Part shown: one piece after another, positions 8,549-17,999 of the stretch
Layout: each line of letters starts with the position of its first letter
Numbering within the stretch: the first letter of the stretch is position 1
Assembly (NCBI GenBank): GCA_040756235.1
Contig: JBFLZG010000038.1
Location: forward strand, 1-40,054
Length of the DNA stretch: 40,054 nucleotides
Direction: 5' to 3'
From: a bacterium
GTDB lineage: Bacteria; Desulfobacterota; DSWW01
Notes under the pieces: model-generated
The model's input: the letters and a program-made list of their open reading frames with translations, nothing else
The model's database searches: none
What the model was told of the DNA's origin: nothing
Program-made: the position numbers and the translations under genes

Positions 8549-10545
8549 AGGCAACCTTCGCCTTTGCCTTTCTTGAAATGCGTGAACGGCACGGAATCCG
8601 GGTCCGGCTCTTCGCTCGAGCCGGGGCCGAGGAACTGCTCCTGGAGGAGCTGGAGCGAAAGGATGAAGGCGACGGCCATGTTCTCCACCTCGCTCACGAA
8701 GGCCTCCGGGTTCCTGCACTTGAGGAAGAGCTTTTCGACCGCCTCGGGCCGGAAGCAGCCGTTCCTGCGGATCCCTTCGCCTGCCAGGAGACTTTCCACG
8801 TAGTCCGGCGCCCCGGGCGCGAAGAAGCTCCGCGAGATCGGGGCGCGATAGGGCTGCTTGGGCCTGCGGATGACCTCGGGCGGAAGCTCCTGCGCGAAGG
8901 CCTGCTTGAGCAGGTGCTTCTCATCCAGGACCCGCAGCTTGTACGAAGGCGGGAGCTTCGCGCACAGCTCCATGACCCGGTAGTCGAGAAAGGGAAACCT
9001 CCCTTCCACGCTGTTGGCCATGGCCATCCGGTCTCCCTGGGAGGACAGCAGGTAGGAGGACAGAAAGGTCTGAATTTCGAGGAACTGGGCCTTGTGCAGC
9101 AGGGGCCAACTCCCGAATCCGTCGGGAAGGCGGCTGGTGAGCTCTTCGACCGGGTCGTAGCCGTCCGCGGCCTCCAGCACCCCGTCGGCGAGGTAGCTTC
9201 CGATCCGGGCGGTGTTGCGCCAGCGGACCTGGTGGGAGTAGGTCGGCTGCCCGGTCTCCTCCAGCCCCTGCCGGAAGAAGAGCTGAAGAAAGGACCGCTT
9301 GCCCTGGCCCGGGGTCTCCAGGTAGGGGTAGAGCCTGCGGAAGAGCAGGGGCCTCAGCCGGCTGGATGGGTCCTTGGCCCAGAAGGCCCGGATCTTGGCC
9401 TCCTTGAAAATGTTGTACCCGCCCAGGAACTCGTCCGCGCCCTCCCCGGTGAGCACCACCTTGAAATGGTTCTCCCGGACCAGGCCGGAAAGGAGCATGA
9501 GCGGCGTGGGCGCGGTCCTGAGGAGCGGCTTTTCCGCAAACCAGACCACCTTCGGGAAGAGCTCGGCGATGGCGCGGTTGGTGCAGAACACCTCCTGGTG
9601 GTCCGTGCCGAGGTGGGAGACGACCCGCCGCTGGTGCACGCTCTCATCAAAGACCTTGTCTTCGAAGCTCACGGAGAAGGTCTTGAGAGGCGTGTCGGTG
9701 AACCTCTTGACGATGGTCGTGATGACGGAGGAATCGAGGCCTCCGCTCAAGTACGCCCCGACCGGAACGTCGGCCCGAAGCCGGATCCGCGAGGCGTCCA
9801 GGAGCAGGCTGCGCAACTCTTCCCTGCAGACCGCCAGAGGCCTCCTGTCCAGCTCCTCCTCGGACGCAAACCGCAGGTTCCAGTAGGCCTTGCGGGAGAG
9901 CGACCCCTCCCGGCTCCGGTAGCGGAGCCAGTGGCCGGGCTCGAGCTCTTCGATGCCTTCGAACGGCGTTCGGGGCGCCTGCGTGGACCAGAGCGTCAGC
10001 GTCTGCTCGAGGCCCCTGGGGTCGAGGCGGGCGGTCAAGCCCGGTACCAGGAGCAAGGACTTGATCTCCGAGGCAAAGGCGAGCAGGCCCGGCGACACGT
10101 GAAGGTACAGGGGCCGGATCCCCACGCGGTCTCTGGCGAGGAACAGCTCCTGGCGGTTGCGGTCCCAGATGGCGATGGCGAACTGTCCGTTGAACCGGCT
10201 CAGGCACCCCGGCCCGTACTGCTCGTAGGCGTGCAGGACGACTTCGGTGTCGCATTTCGTGTAGAACCGGTGCCCGCAGGCAAGCAGCTCCTCGCGCAGC
10301 TCGAGATAGTTGAATATCTCGCCGTTGTAGATGATCCAGAGGCTCTCGTCCTCGTTGTGCATGGGCTGGGTGCCGGTCGAAAGGTCGATGATGCTCAGAC
10401 GTGCCTGGGCCAGGCCGGCGCCCTCGTCCTCGAACAGGCCGTACTCGTCCGGGCCCCGGTGGCGCAGCCGAAGGACCATCCTCTTGAGAACTTCAGCCGG
10501 CCTGCGGGCCGGCTCCGCTGTCACGATGCCGCAGATTCCGCACAT
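8545..10545 (-). CDS. asnB: Asparagine synthase (glutamine-hydrolysing) family amidotransferase
   Basis: N-terminal MCGICG (class II GATase Cys), HRGPD, RLSIIDL, YNGEIFN, LSGGLDSS, TGEGADE, DRMAMANSVEGRFPFLD. Confidence 0.93.
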   Translation of the reverse strand: MCGICGIVTAEPARRPAEVLKRMVLRLRHRGPDEYGLFEDEGAGLAQARLSIIDLSTGTQPMHNEDESLWIIYNGEIFNYLELREELLACGHRFYTKCDTEVVLHAYEQYGPGCLSRFNGQFAIAIWDRNRQELFLARDRVGIRPLYLHVSPGLLAFASEIKSLLLVPGLTARLDPRGLEQTLTLWSTQAPRTPFEGIEELEPGHWLRYRSREGSLSRKAYWNLRFASEEELDRRPLAVCREELRSLLLDASRIRLRADVPVGAYLSGGLDSSVITTIVKRFTDTPLKTFSVSFEDKVFDESVHQRRVVSHLGTDHQEVFCTNRAIAELFPKVVWFAEKPLLRTAPTPLMLLSGLVRENHFKVVLTGEGADEFLGGYNIFKEAKIRAFWAKDPSSRLRPLLFRRLYPYLETPGQGKRSFLQLFFRQGLEETGQPTYSHQVRWRNTARIGSYLADGVLEAADGYDPVEELTSRLPDGFGSWPLLHKAQFLEIQTFLSSYLLSSQGDRMAMANSVEGRFPFLDYRVMELCAKLPPSYKLRVLDEKHLLKQAFAQELPPEVIRRPKQPYRAPISRSFFAPGAPDYVESLLAGEGIRRNGCFRPEAVEKLFLKCRNPEAFVSEVENMAVAFILSLQLLQEQFLGPGSSEEPDPDSVPFTHFKKGKGEGCL

Positions 10546-10711
10546 TTCAGGCGAGGCTCCCGAGATCTGGGATGTAGCGGGGGAGCGACCGGATCCCGGA
10601 CGATCCTCCCGCATCGTCATGCACGAGGTACCACCCTCGGCTCTACTGACTCATCGTCCGAAATCACCATGAGGTTGAAGAATCGATGCCGGCCTGCCGA
10701 TCGACCGGGGC

Positions 10712-11707
10712 TCAAAAGAGGTGCTCCTGCAAGAGCCGGGGCGCTTCCCCGGTGGAGCACGACAGAATCTGCTCCACCCCTTCGATGCGCCGGATTTCCT
10801 GCTCCGCCGCGCGCGCGGTCTCGGGCGCGGTGATCACGTGCACGTTGGGGCCGGCGTCGATGGTGAAGTAGCAGGCGAGCGCATCGGCTGCGCGCAGGGC
10901 CTGCACCTTCTCGATGACGGCGACCGTGGCCGGTTGCCAGTACAGCAGGGCGGGCGTGGAGGTCATCATCACCGCGTGCATGGACAGGGCGTCGGCCTCC
11001 ATGACCTCGCCCAGTGCGCGCAGGTCGCGCTCGAAGATGGCCCTCTCGACCCGGGCAATCCGGCCTTCCACCTGGGCCAGCCTCGCCCTCAGGAACGGGC
11101 TGGTGCGGGCGAGGAGGTGCCCTTCCGAGGACTTCACCCTCTTCTCCTTCCGGCTCACGATGACGACGAGGTCGGCCAGGGGCCAGTGCTCTCGGGGAGC
11201 GACCTCCCGTACGGTAGATTCCCGGCGTCCCGCGGCCGGCGGTTGCCAGAGGACATATCCGCCGTACAGGGACCGGCAGGCCGAGCCGGATCCCAAAAGG
11301 GCCGGTTCCACGAGGTCCGGCGGCTCGTATGGGAGGCCGGCTGCGCGGGCCGCTGCCAGGGCCAGGGCGGCGAACCCGGAAGCCGACGAGGCGATCCCCG
11401 CGGCGGTGGGGAAATTGTTGGAGGATACGACCCGGGCGAATCGGCGCATGCCGGCGCGGCGGCGGACCGCATCCAGGACGCGCCCCACCCGGCGCAGCTC
11501 ATCGGCTGTCGCGGGGCTGCCGTTCAGGGTGAAGAGGTCGCCGGCGGCTCCGGGCTCGAACGCAACGGTGGTCGTGGTCCGTACTTCCTCGAGGGTCATG
11601 GAAATCGACGGGTTCAGCGGGACCATGGGGTCCGCGCCGCCGTGGCGGACGCCCCAGTATTTCACGAAGGCGATGTTGCTGCCGGCGCCGGCGGTGGCCT
11701 TGTGCAC
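10712..11707 (-). CDS. mvaD: (Di)phosphomevalonate decarboxylase, GHMP family
   Basis: SNIAFVKYWG, NNFPTAAGIASSASGFAAL, GSGSACRS, YFTIDAGPNVHVI; GTG start at 11707 with GGAGG RBS. Confidence 0.9.
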   Translation of the reverse strand: MHKATAGAGSNIAFVKYWGVRHGGADPMVPLNPSISMTLEEVRTTTTVAFEPGAAGDLFTLNGSPATADELRRVGRVLDAVRRRAGMRRFARVVSSNNFPTAAGIASSASGFAALALAAARAAGLPYEPPDLVEPALLGSGSACRSLYGGYVLWQPPAAGRRESTVREVAPREHWPLADLVVIVSRKEKRVKSSEGHLLARTSPFLRARLAQVEGRIARVERAIFERDLRALGEVMEADALSMHAVMMTSTPALLYWQPATVAVIEKVQALRAADALACYFTIDAGPNVHVITAPETARAAEQEIRRIEGVEQILSCSTGEAPRLLQEHLF

Positions 11708-11736
11708 GTTCCCTCCGCGCATCGTTTGGCGCATTC

Positions 11737-11742
11737 ATTATA
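11737..11742 (-). promoter_or_regulatory. Putative sigma70 -10 box for mvaD
   Basis: Perfect TATAAT on minus strand 30 bp upstream of the GTG start in a GC-rich context; -35 is poor. Confidence 0.5.
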
Positions 11743-11850
11743 GAAGATCAAGGGTGCGCTGGACAGCGCCGGCCCCGGGTATGATAGAAGACATGGGTGG
11801 GAGCATTGATCGGGCGGCAGATCGCCATTCCCGCGGAAGAGGCCGGGTCC

Positions 11851-12065
11851 TATTTCGTCATCCCGGCCCCAATTGCGGAGCGCGCGCAAGCCGGGATCCA
11901 GAAGGGTGCACCTGGACCAGCTGTGGTAACTGGGCGCAGGGACTGGATTCCGGCCTTCGCCGGAATGACGGAAATCGTGCGGCCGCGCCTCCGAGTCCTC
12001 CGGAATGAGTGGTCGCACGAGGGTCTGACCGGATTTATGACACAGCCTCCTGCGCCGGAATGACG
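11851..12065. repeat. Cluster of family B palindromic repeats
   Basis: Full element 11857-11969 (inverted copy of 196-297) plus further CCGGAATGA ends near 12001 and 12055. Confidence 0.75.
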
Positions 12066-12091
12066 GAAGAGAGCGAGCAGCGTGAGCCGTC

Positions 12092-12129
12092 GGCAGGGTG
12101 GAGGAAGCCGCAGGCGTGTCCACCAACCA
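12092..12129 (+). repeat. 38-bp REP-like repeat (family D), left copy
   Basis: GGCAGGGTGGAGGAAGCCGCAGGCGTGTCCACCAACCA; 33/38 identical to reverse complement of 13380-13417. Confidence 0.8.
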
Positions 12130-12211
12130 AGGCTTGCAGCCGCTCGTCCGCTCGCTCCTGCGCACACGGGCATACGGAAACCTGTCCCGCGACACGCGAA
12201 AGCTGCATATC

Positions 12212-13375
12212 ATGAGGATCCTTTTCGACGCCCGCGAAGAGACCAGGAACGTCACGGGGATCGGCACCTACGTGCGCAGTCTGGCCCGCGAGCTGCGCGC
12301 CCTGCCATGCCCGGAACCGGCCTGCCGCTGCATTCCGGACGGCCCCCCGCGCCGGCCTCCTGCGGAGGGGAAGCGTCCGTTTGCCGCCCAGCTCCTGAAC
12401 TTCGGACGCAACGTTTTCTGGAAGCAGGTCTACCTGCCCGGGCGGGCGCTGCTGGAAAGCGCTGACCTGCTGGTGTGCATGGACCCCATTACGCCTCTGC
12501 GCAGCCCGGTCCCGGTCGCCCTCATCCTTTACGATCTCATTTTTCTCACCGGCAGGGCGCAGACGGACGCCTGGACACGGTACTGGCGGCTCCTGGTGCC
12601 GCGTTGCGCGCGCAGGGCGGAGAGGGTCTTCACGCTCTCGCAGGCGACGCGGGTCCGCATCGTCGAGGAGCTGGGCCTGGACCCTGAGAAGGTGATCGTC
12701 TTCCGTACCGGGGTGGCCGACCACTTCCGGCCCCTGGGTCTGGACGGCCCCAGGAGAGCTCAGCTCAGGCGCGAGCTGAGTCTTCCGGATGCGTTCGTGC
12801 TGACGGTTGGAGCCCACGATCCGAGGAGGAACGTGAAGACCCTGCTTGCGGCTCACCGGATGCTCACGGCGCGCCGCGGGCTTGTACAGAAGCTCGTCGT
12901 CATCGGCCCCAAGACGCCCCATTTCAGCGAGATCTGGAAGGAAACGGTCGCGCTGGGGATGGAGCGCGATGTTCTGTACCTCGATTACGTGCCGAACGAG
13001 GAGCTGCCGCTCTACTACAACCTGGCCGATCTCTACGTCTACCCGTCTTCCGAGGAGGGTTTCGGGTTGACGCCCCTGGAGGCCATGGCGTGCGGCTGTC
13101 CGGTGGTAACGTCGCGGGCTTCTTCTTTGCCGGAAGTGGTGGGAGATGCGGCGCTCACGGTCGACCCCGCGAGCGCGCGGGAGATCTCGGAAGCCATGGC
13201 AAGGATCCTGTGGGACCGGGAGCTGCGCGCGCGGCTCGTTACGGCCGGCCTCGAGCGCGCCGCCGGCCGCTCCTGGCGGAAAGGAGCCGAGGACATCGTT
13301 AACGCGTGCGTGGAGTGGTTCGAACGAAAGAAGCGCGCAGCCGCCCCCGCAAGCAGTACCGTGGACTCCCGGTAA
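12212..13375 (+). CDS. Glycosyltransferase family 4 (GT-B, MtfB/WbpY-like)
   Basis: MRILFDAR...TGIGTY N-terminus; YVYPSSEEGFGLTPLEAMACGCPVV (EX7E motif); SSLPEVVGDA. Confidence 0.92.
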   Translation: MRILFDAREETRNVTGIGTYVRSLARELRALPCPEPACRCIPDGPPRRPPAEGKRPFAAQLLNFGRNVFWKQVYLPGRALLESADLLVCMDPITPLRSPVPVALILYDLIFLTGRAQTDAWTRYWRLLVPRCARRAERVFTLSQATRVRIVEELGLDPEKVIVFRTGVADHFRPLGLDGPRRAQLRRELSLPDAFVLTVGAHDPRRNVKTLLAAHRMLTARRGLVQKLVVIGPKTPHFSEIWKETVALGMERDVLYLDYVPNEELPLYYNLADLYVYPSSEEGFGLTPLEAMACGCPVVTSRASSLPEVVGDAALTVDPASAREISEAMARILWDRELRARLVTAGLERAAGRSWRKGAEDIVNACVEWFERKKRAAAPASSTVDSR

Positions 13376-13379
13376 ACCG

Positions 13380-13417
13380 TGGTCGGTGGACACGCCTTCG
13401 GATTTGTCCACCCTGCC
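13380..13417 (-). repeat. 38-bp REP-like repeat (family D), right inverted copy
   Basis: Reverse complement GGCAGGGTGGACAAATCCGAAGGCGTGTCCACCGACCA matches 12092-12129. Confidence 0.8.
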
Positions 13418-13507
13418 AGGATGCACGCTGCCGGGGCGACGATCGAGAAGGTGCACCCGCCGCCCTTGACATATCAACGCGCCGCTCGTCGGGCGCGTTC
13501 CCGCGCC

Positions 13508-14239
13508 TCAGGTTCTCCCGCGCGCGGCCGTGGCCTTGCGGATGAACTCCTGGATGGACCTGCGCTCCTCGGCCAGGGCATCCTTCAGGGTGGCGCGGTC
13601 GCGGAACTCGATCACCTCCTTGACCGTGGCGAGCACCTCCTGGTTGGCCGCGCAGATCTCCCCCGCGATCTGCCGCGCTCTCGGAAGGAGCTGGTGGTGG
13701 GGTACCACTTCATTGACCAGGCCGATTCTCAGGGCCTCTGCCGCATCGATGGTCCGGCCCGTCAGAGAGAGCTGCATGGCCATGCGCCGGCCCACGGCCT
13801 CCTGCAGGAGCTGGGTCATGCCCCAGCCGGGGTGGAGGCCCACCCGGAGATGGGTGTCGGCAAAGGAGGCCTTCTCCGAGGCGATCAGGAAATCGCAGTT
13901 GAGCGCGATCTCGAACGCGCCCGTGATCGCGTGCCCGTTCACGGCCCCGATCACCGGCTTCGCGCAGGCGCCGATCACGTCCGGGAAGTCCTTCCCGTCC
14001 CCCCGCGGATCGAGCAGGTTTTCGGTCCCGATCACGGCGAGGTCGATGCCGGAAGAGAAGGACTTGCCGTTTCCGGTGAGAATGGCCACCCTGATGGAAG
14101 GGTTCGCGGCCACCTCGTCGATCGCGTCGTAGAGTCTCGCGAGCAGCTCCTGATTGAGCGCATTGCGCCGCTCGGGCCGGTTCAGCGTGATCAGGGCGAT
14201 GCCGTGGTCGTCGAGCTCGAACAGGACGGGCTTTTCCAT
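13508..14239 (-). CDS. Enoyl-CoA hydratase/isomerase (crotonase) family protein
   Basis: ITLNRPERRNAL, FSSGIDL, KPVIGAVNGHAITGAFEIALNCD; ATG at 14239 with GGAGGAG RBS. Confidence 0.92.
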   Translation of the reverse strand: MEKPVLFELDDHGIALITLNRPERRNALNQELLARLYDAIDEVAANPSIRVAILTGNGKSFSSGIDLAVIGTENLLDPRGDGKDFPDVIGACAKPVIGAVNGHAITGAFEIALNCDFLIASEKASFADTHLRVGLHPGWGMTQLLQEAVGRRMAMQLSLTGRTIDAAEALRIGLVNEVVPHHQLLPRARQIAGEICAANQEVLATVKEVIEFRDRATLKDALAEERRSIQEFIRKATAARGRT

Positions 14240-14307
14240 GGCGCTCCTCCCAAAGCGGTCCGGCCAGGGGCACGTTTGGTCCGGCGCGTGAATCATATGC
14301 GAAGAGC

Positions 14308-15231
14308 GTGCGCATTGCGAGCTACGACATGAAATACCTCTATCGCGTCGCGCCGGGCGGCCCCGTTCCCCTGGACCGTTTCCTCCAGAGGGTGGCCCCG
14401 TTCGGTCTGAACCGGATCCTCGATCTCATCGACTTCGGGTCGGTCTGGGTGGGCGGAAGGGCGGAACGCAAGCCCTCCCGCGTGCTCCAGCCGGGCGACG
14501 AGGTGACCCTCAACATTCCGAGCTACGGCACGGAACGTTTCTATGCCGTCGACCCGAGCCGGATCCTCTATCGGGATTCCTGTCTGCTGGCGTATGACAA
14601 GGAGCCGGGCATCCCCTCCCAGGCGACGCCCTACGATGCCCACAACAACGTGTTCGCCGCTCTCGCCAGCGCTCTCGGCAGCGCGGTCCGGGGCGGCAAA
14701 CCATACATCGGCCTGCATCATCGGCTCGACCAGGAGACTTCGGGGGTCATGCTCTTCAGCCTCTCGGCCAGAGCCAATGGGGCGATCGCGGCCAGCTTCC
14801 GGGAGAGGCGGGTGGAGAAGAAATACCTGGCCGTCGTGCGCGGGAGCCCCGCCGACGAGGAATGGCTGGAGGAGGCTCCCATCACGCGTCGGGAAGGCCG
14901 CTATCAGTGCTGCGCCAAAGGCGAGGGCAGGGAGGCCGTGACCCGGTTTCGGGTGTTGCAGAGGCGCGCCGGAGGGACCGCGCTCCTGGAGGCCAGCCCG
15001 CAGACCGGCAGGACACACCAGATCCGGCTGCATCTGGCCCACCGGGGCCTGCCCGTGCTCGGCGACGCGCGCTACGGGGGGGAGGGCTTCCGGCGGCTCA
15101 TGCTCCATGCCCACAGGCTCGCAATCGCACATCCGGCGACGGGCCGCATGCTCGTCCTCGAGGCGCCCGTTCCGGAAGAGTTCGCCCCTTCGGAGGGCTT
15201 CCGGGAATCCGGAAAGACGCGTGAGAAGTAG
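14308..15231 (+). CDS. RluA-family pseudouridine synthase
   Basis: Catalytic HRLDQETSG, KKYLA, TGRTHQIRLH, LGDARYG, LHA; start may be GTG 14308 or ATG 14329. Confidence 0.92.
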   Translation: MRIASYDMKYLYRVAPGGPVPLDRFLQRVAPFGLNRILDLIDFGSVWVGGRAERKPSRVLQPGDEVTLNIPSYGTERFYAVDPSRILYRDSCLLAYDKEPGIPSQATPYDAHNNVFAALASALGSAVRGGKPYIGLHHRLDQETSGVMLFSLSARANGAIAASFRERRVEKKYLAVVRGSPADEEWLEEAPITRREGRYQCCAKGEGREAVTRFRVLQRRAGGTALLEASPQTGRTHQIRLHLAHRGLPVLGDARYGGEGFRRLMLHAHRLAIAHPATGRMLVLEAPVPEEFAPSEGFRESGKTREK

Positions 15232-15320
15232 ACGACCTCAGGCGCGGCGCGCGACTGCTCGCTCCGCACTCGCTCCCTCCAGGCGTAAATTCGCGTAATA
15301 CGCCCTTGGCAGCTGTGTCG

Positions 15321-15448
15321 TATTTCGTCATCCCGGCCCGCGCCTGCGTGGCATTGCAGGGGCGACCGGCCGGTCGCCCCTGCAAATCACGGGGTGCAGG
15401 GGCTCGGATTCCGGATGCCGCCTGCTTCGCAGGGTCCTCCGGAATGAC
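15321..15448. repeat. Family B element with nested perfect 32-bp palindrome (family C-like)
   Basis: Starts TATTTCGTCATCCCGGCCC (identical to 11851), ends CCGGAATGAC; 15354-15385 TTGCAGGGGCGACCGG|CCGGTCGCCCCTGCAA is a perfect palindrome. Confidence 0.8.
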
Positions 15449-15468
15449 GCGGGAGAGCCCGGAGCTGA

Positions 15469-15497
15469 TTGACCAGCCTGCATCGATGTGCTAAGTT
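15469..15497 (+). promoter_or_regulatory. Putative sigma70 promoter of the formate dehydrogenase operon
   Basis: TTGACC-17 bp-TAAGTT with extended -10 TG, followed by AT-rich leader and GGAGGA RBS. Confidence 0.55.
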
Positions 15498-15541
15498 AAC
15501 TTCCTTATTTTCATTGAAAATGACCGTATTTGGAGGAAACT

Positions 15542-16060
15542 ATGGCGCTCGCGGAGGCTGCCCAGGCCGGGCCCAAGGAGGTCTCTCTCGTGGAGGAGTT
15601 CTCGCCGGAAAAACTGGCGGAGGTGGATGCCATCCTGGCCGCGAAAAGGGGCAGGCGCGGCGCTCTTATCCCGGTGCTCAAGGACGTCCAGGACGTGACC
15701 GGGTATCTTCCTATCTCCTTGCAGCGCAAGATCGCGGAAGGGTTGAATCTCTCCTTCAGCGAAGTCTTCGGCGTGGTGAGCTTCTACTCGTTCTTCAGCA
15801 TGAAGCCGAAAGGGGCCCATCAGATCAAAATCTGCATGGGCACCGCCTGCTACGTCCGGGGCAACAAGGACTTCATCGAGGCCTTGAGCCGGGACCTCAA
15901 GTGCACTGTCGGAGGGATCACGGAGGACCGCAAGTTCTCCCTCGATGCCGTCCGCTGCCTCGGGTGCTGCGGCATCGCGCCGGTCATCACGGTCGACGAG
16001 AAGCCGTTCCGGCAGGTCCGCGCGCAACAGATCCCTGCGATCCTGGAACAGTTCCCGTAA
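15542..16060 (+). CDS. NuoE/HydC-like [2Fe-2S] subunit of NAD(P)-linked formate dehydrogenase complex
   Basis: GVVSFYSFF, ICMGTACYVRG, RCLGCCGIAPV; GGAGGA RBS. Confidence 0.92.
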   Translation: MALAEAAQAGPKEVSLVEEFSPEKLAEVDAILAAKRGRRGALIPVLKDVQDVTGYLPISLQRKIAEGLNLSFSEVFGVVSFYSFFSMKPKGAHQIKICMGTACYVRGNKDFIEALSRDLKCTVGGITEDRKFSLDAVRCLGCCGIAPVITVDEKPFRQVRAQQIPAILEQFP

Positions 16061-16110
16061 CGGCCCTGCCGTTGAGACAAATGGCGAGCGGCCCTTGGGG
16101 AGTCGGCGAC

Positions 16111-17949
16111 ATGACGAAGTTGAAGCCTGAAGACCTGAATCGGATCCGCGCGGACGTCTCCGGCGCGCGCGCCCGCATGCGGGAGCAGAAGAAGGCCTGC
16201 ATCACCGTGCACATGGGGACCTGCGGGATCGCCTCGGGCGCCGGAGAGGTCTGGGCAAGCCTCCCCGAGCTGCTCCGCGAGAAGGGCGAGGACCCGCAGG
16301 ACTACGAGATCCGGCACACGGGCTGCGTGGGCTTCTGCGGCATGGAACCGATCCTCACGGTCGCGCCCAACGGAAAGGAGGCGGCCCGCTACCGCAAGGT
16401 GGACCTGGAAAGGCTCCGGCAGATCGTCGACGGGCACGTCCTGGGGGGCGTGGTCCAGGAGAAATTCCTCCTCTCGGAAGCCGACGATCCGTTCTTCCAG
16501 AAGCAGAAATTCGTGGTCCTCAGGAATCGGGGCGTGATCGACCCCGAGTCGATCGACGATTACATCTACCTGGACGGCTACCAGGCGGTCGCCAGGGCCC
16601 TCACGGAGATGACGCCCCAGCAGATCGTGGAGGTCGTCACCAAGTCCGGGATCCGAGGCCGGGGCGGCGCCGGTTTCCCGACCGGCATGAAGTGGAAGTT
16701 TGCCCAGGGCGCTCCGGGCGAGGAGAAGTTCGTGCTCTGCAATGCGGACGAGGGCGACCCGGGCGCCTACATGGATCGGGCCGTGCTGGAGAGCGATCCG
16801 CACTCGGTCCTGGAGGGCATGATCATTGCGGCCAGGGCGATCGGCTCGCACCAGGGGTATATCTACTGTCGCGCCGAGTATCCGATCGCCGTGGAGACGC
16901 TGAACAAGGCGATCGCGCAGGCCCGGGCCTACGGGCTGCTCGGGGCCGACATCCTGGGCAGCGGGTACGCCTTCGACGTGGAGGTGTACGTGGGGGCCGG
17001 CGCCTTCGTCTGCGGCGAGGAGACGGCGCTGATGGCTTCCGTGGAGGGCCGGCGCGGCATGCCCAGGTCCCGGCCTCCTTTCCCGGCCTACCAGGGGCTC
17101 TGGAACAAGCCCACGATCCTGAACAACGTCGAGACCTTCTCCAACGTCCCCACCATCATCCGCGAGGGCGCCGAGTGGTACTCGGAGATCGGCTACGAGA
17201 AGTCGCGGGGCACCAAGGTCTTTGCCTTGACCGGCGCCGTGAAGAACGTGGGCCTGGTGGAAGTGCCCATGGGCACGACCCTGCGCGAGATCGTCTTCGA
17301 GATCGGAGGGGGCATCGCCAACAAGCGCAAGTTCAAGGCCGTGCAGATGGGCGGCCCCTCGGGCGGGTGCCTGCCCGAATCGCAGATCGACACGCCCACC
17401 GACTACGAGGCGATCACCCGGGCCGGCGCCATCATGGGCTCGGGCGGCATGATCGTGATGGACGACACGACCTGCATGGTGGACATGGCGCGCTTCTTCA
17501 TGGAGTTCTGCCAGGACGAGTCCTGCGGCAAGTGCGTGCCGTGCCGGGAGGGGACCAAGCAGGTCCTCAGGATCCTGGAGCGGATCACGCGAGGCGAGGG
17601 CCGGCCCGAGGACATCGTCCAGCTCGAGGAGCTGAGCCGGATCATCAAGGACTCCGCCCTGTGCGGTCTCGGCCAGACGGCCCCGAACCCGGTGCTCTCG
17701 ACCTTGCGCTACTTCCGGCACGAGTACGACGCGCACATCCAGGAGCAGAAGTGTCCGGCCCACGCGTGCGTGGCGCTCGTCCAGTTCGTGGTCAACCCGG
17801 AGAAGTGCTCGAGCTGCGGTCTCTGCTCCAAGGCCTGCCCCGCCCATGCGATCGCCTGGGAGAAGAAGAAGCCTGCGAGGATCGACAAGGCGCTCTGCGT
17901 CAAGTGCATGACCTGCGTTTCCTGCTGCAGGTTCGACGCGATCGAATAA
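16111..17949 (+). CDS. NuoF/HydB-like FMN/NAD-binding subunit with N-terminal thioredoxin-like [2Fe-2S] and C-terminal 2x[4Fe-4S]
   Basis: GRGGAGFPTG, CNADEGDPGAYMDR, GAFVCGEETAL, GGPSGG, ESCGKCVPCREG, CSSCGLCSKACP, CVKCMTCVSCC. Confidence 0.93.
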   Translation: MTKLKPEDLNRIRADVSGARARMREQKKACITVHMGTCGIASGAGEVWASLPELLREKGEDPQDYEIRHTGCVGFCGMEPILTVAPNGKEAARYRKVDLERLRQIVDGHVLGGVVQEKFLLSEADDPFFQKQKFVVLRNRGVIDPESIDDYIYLDGYQAVARALTEMTPQQIVEVVTKSGIRGRGGAGFPTGMKWKFAQGAPGEEKFVLCNADEGDPGAYMDRAVLESDPHSVLEGMIIAARAIGSHQGYIYCRAEYPIAVETLNKAIAQARAYGLLGADILGSGYAFDVEVYVGAGAFVCGEETALMASVEGRRGMPRSRPPFPAYQGLWNKPTILNNVETFSNVPTIIREGAEWYSEIGYEKSRGTKVFALTGAVKNVGLVEVPMGTTLREIVFEIGGGIANKRKFKAVQMGGPSGGCLPESQIDTPTDYEAITRAGAIMGSGGMIVMDDTTCMVDMARFFMEFCQDESCGKCVPCREGTKQVLRILERITRGEGRPEDIVQLEELSRIIKDSALCGLGQTAPNPVLSTLRYFRHEYDAHIQEQKCPAHACVALVQFVVNPEKCSSCGLCSKACPAHAIAWEKKKPARIDKALCVKCMTCVSCCRFDAIE

Positions 17950-17999
17950 AGGATGACCCGAAACCTGCGAACAGGCGCTCACAAGGAGCCAAGAGAGAA

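Noticed and set aside
8545..10712. asnB as a lasso-peptide cyclase with a precursor in the upstream gap
   Set aside because: Protein has an intact N-terminal Cys GATase domain; no B1/B2 peptidase genes and no convincing precursor ORF nearby
15542..17949. Complex I nuoEF
   Set aside because: No other nuo genes; extra Fe-S domains and linkage to FdhA indicate a soluble FDH diaphorase module
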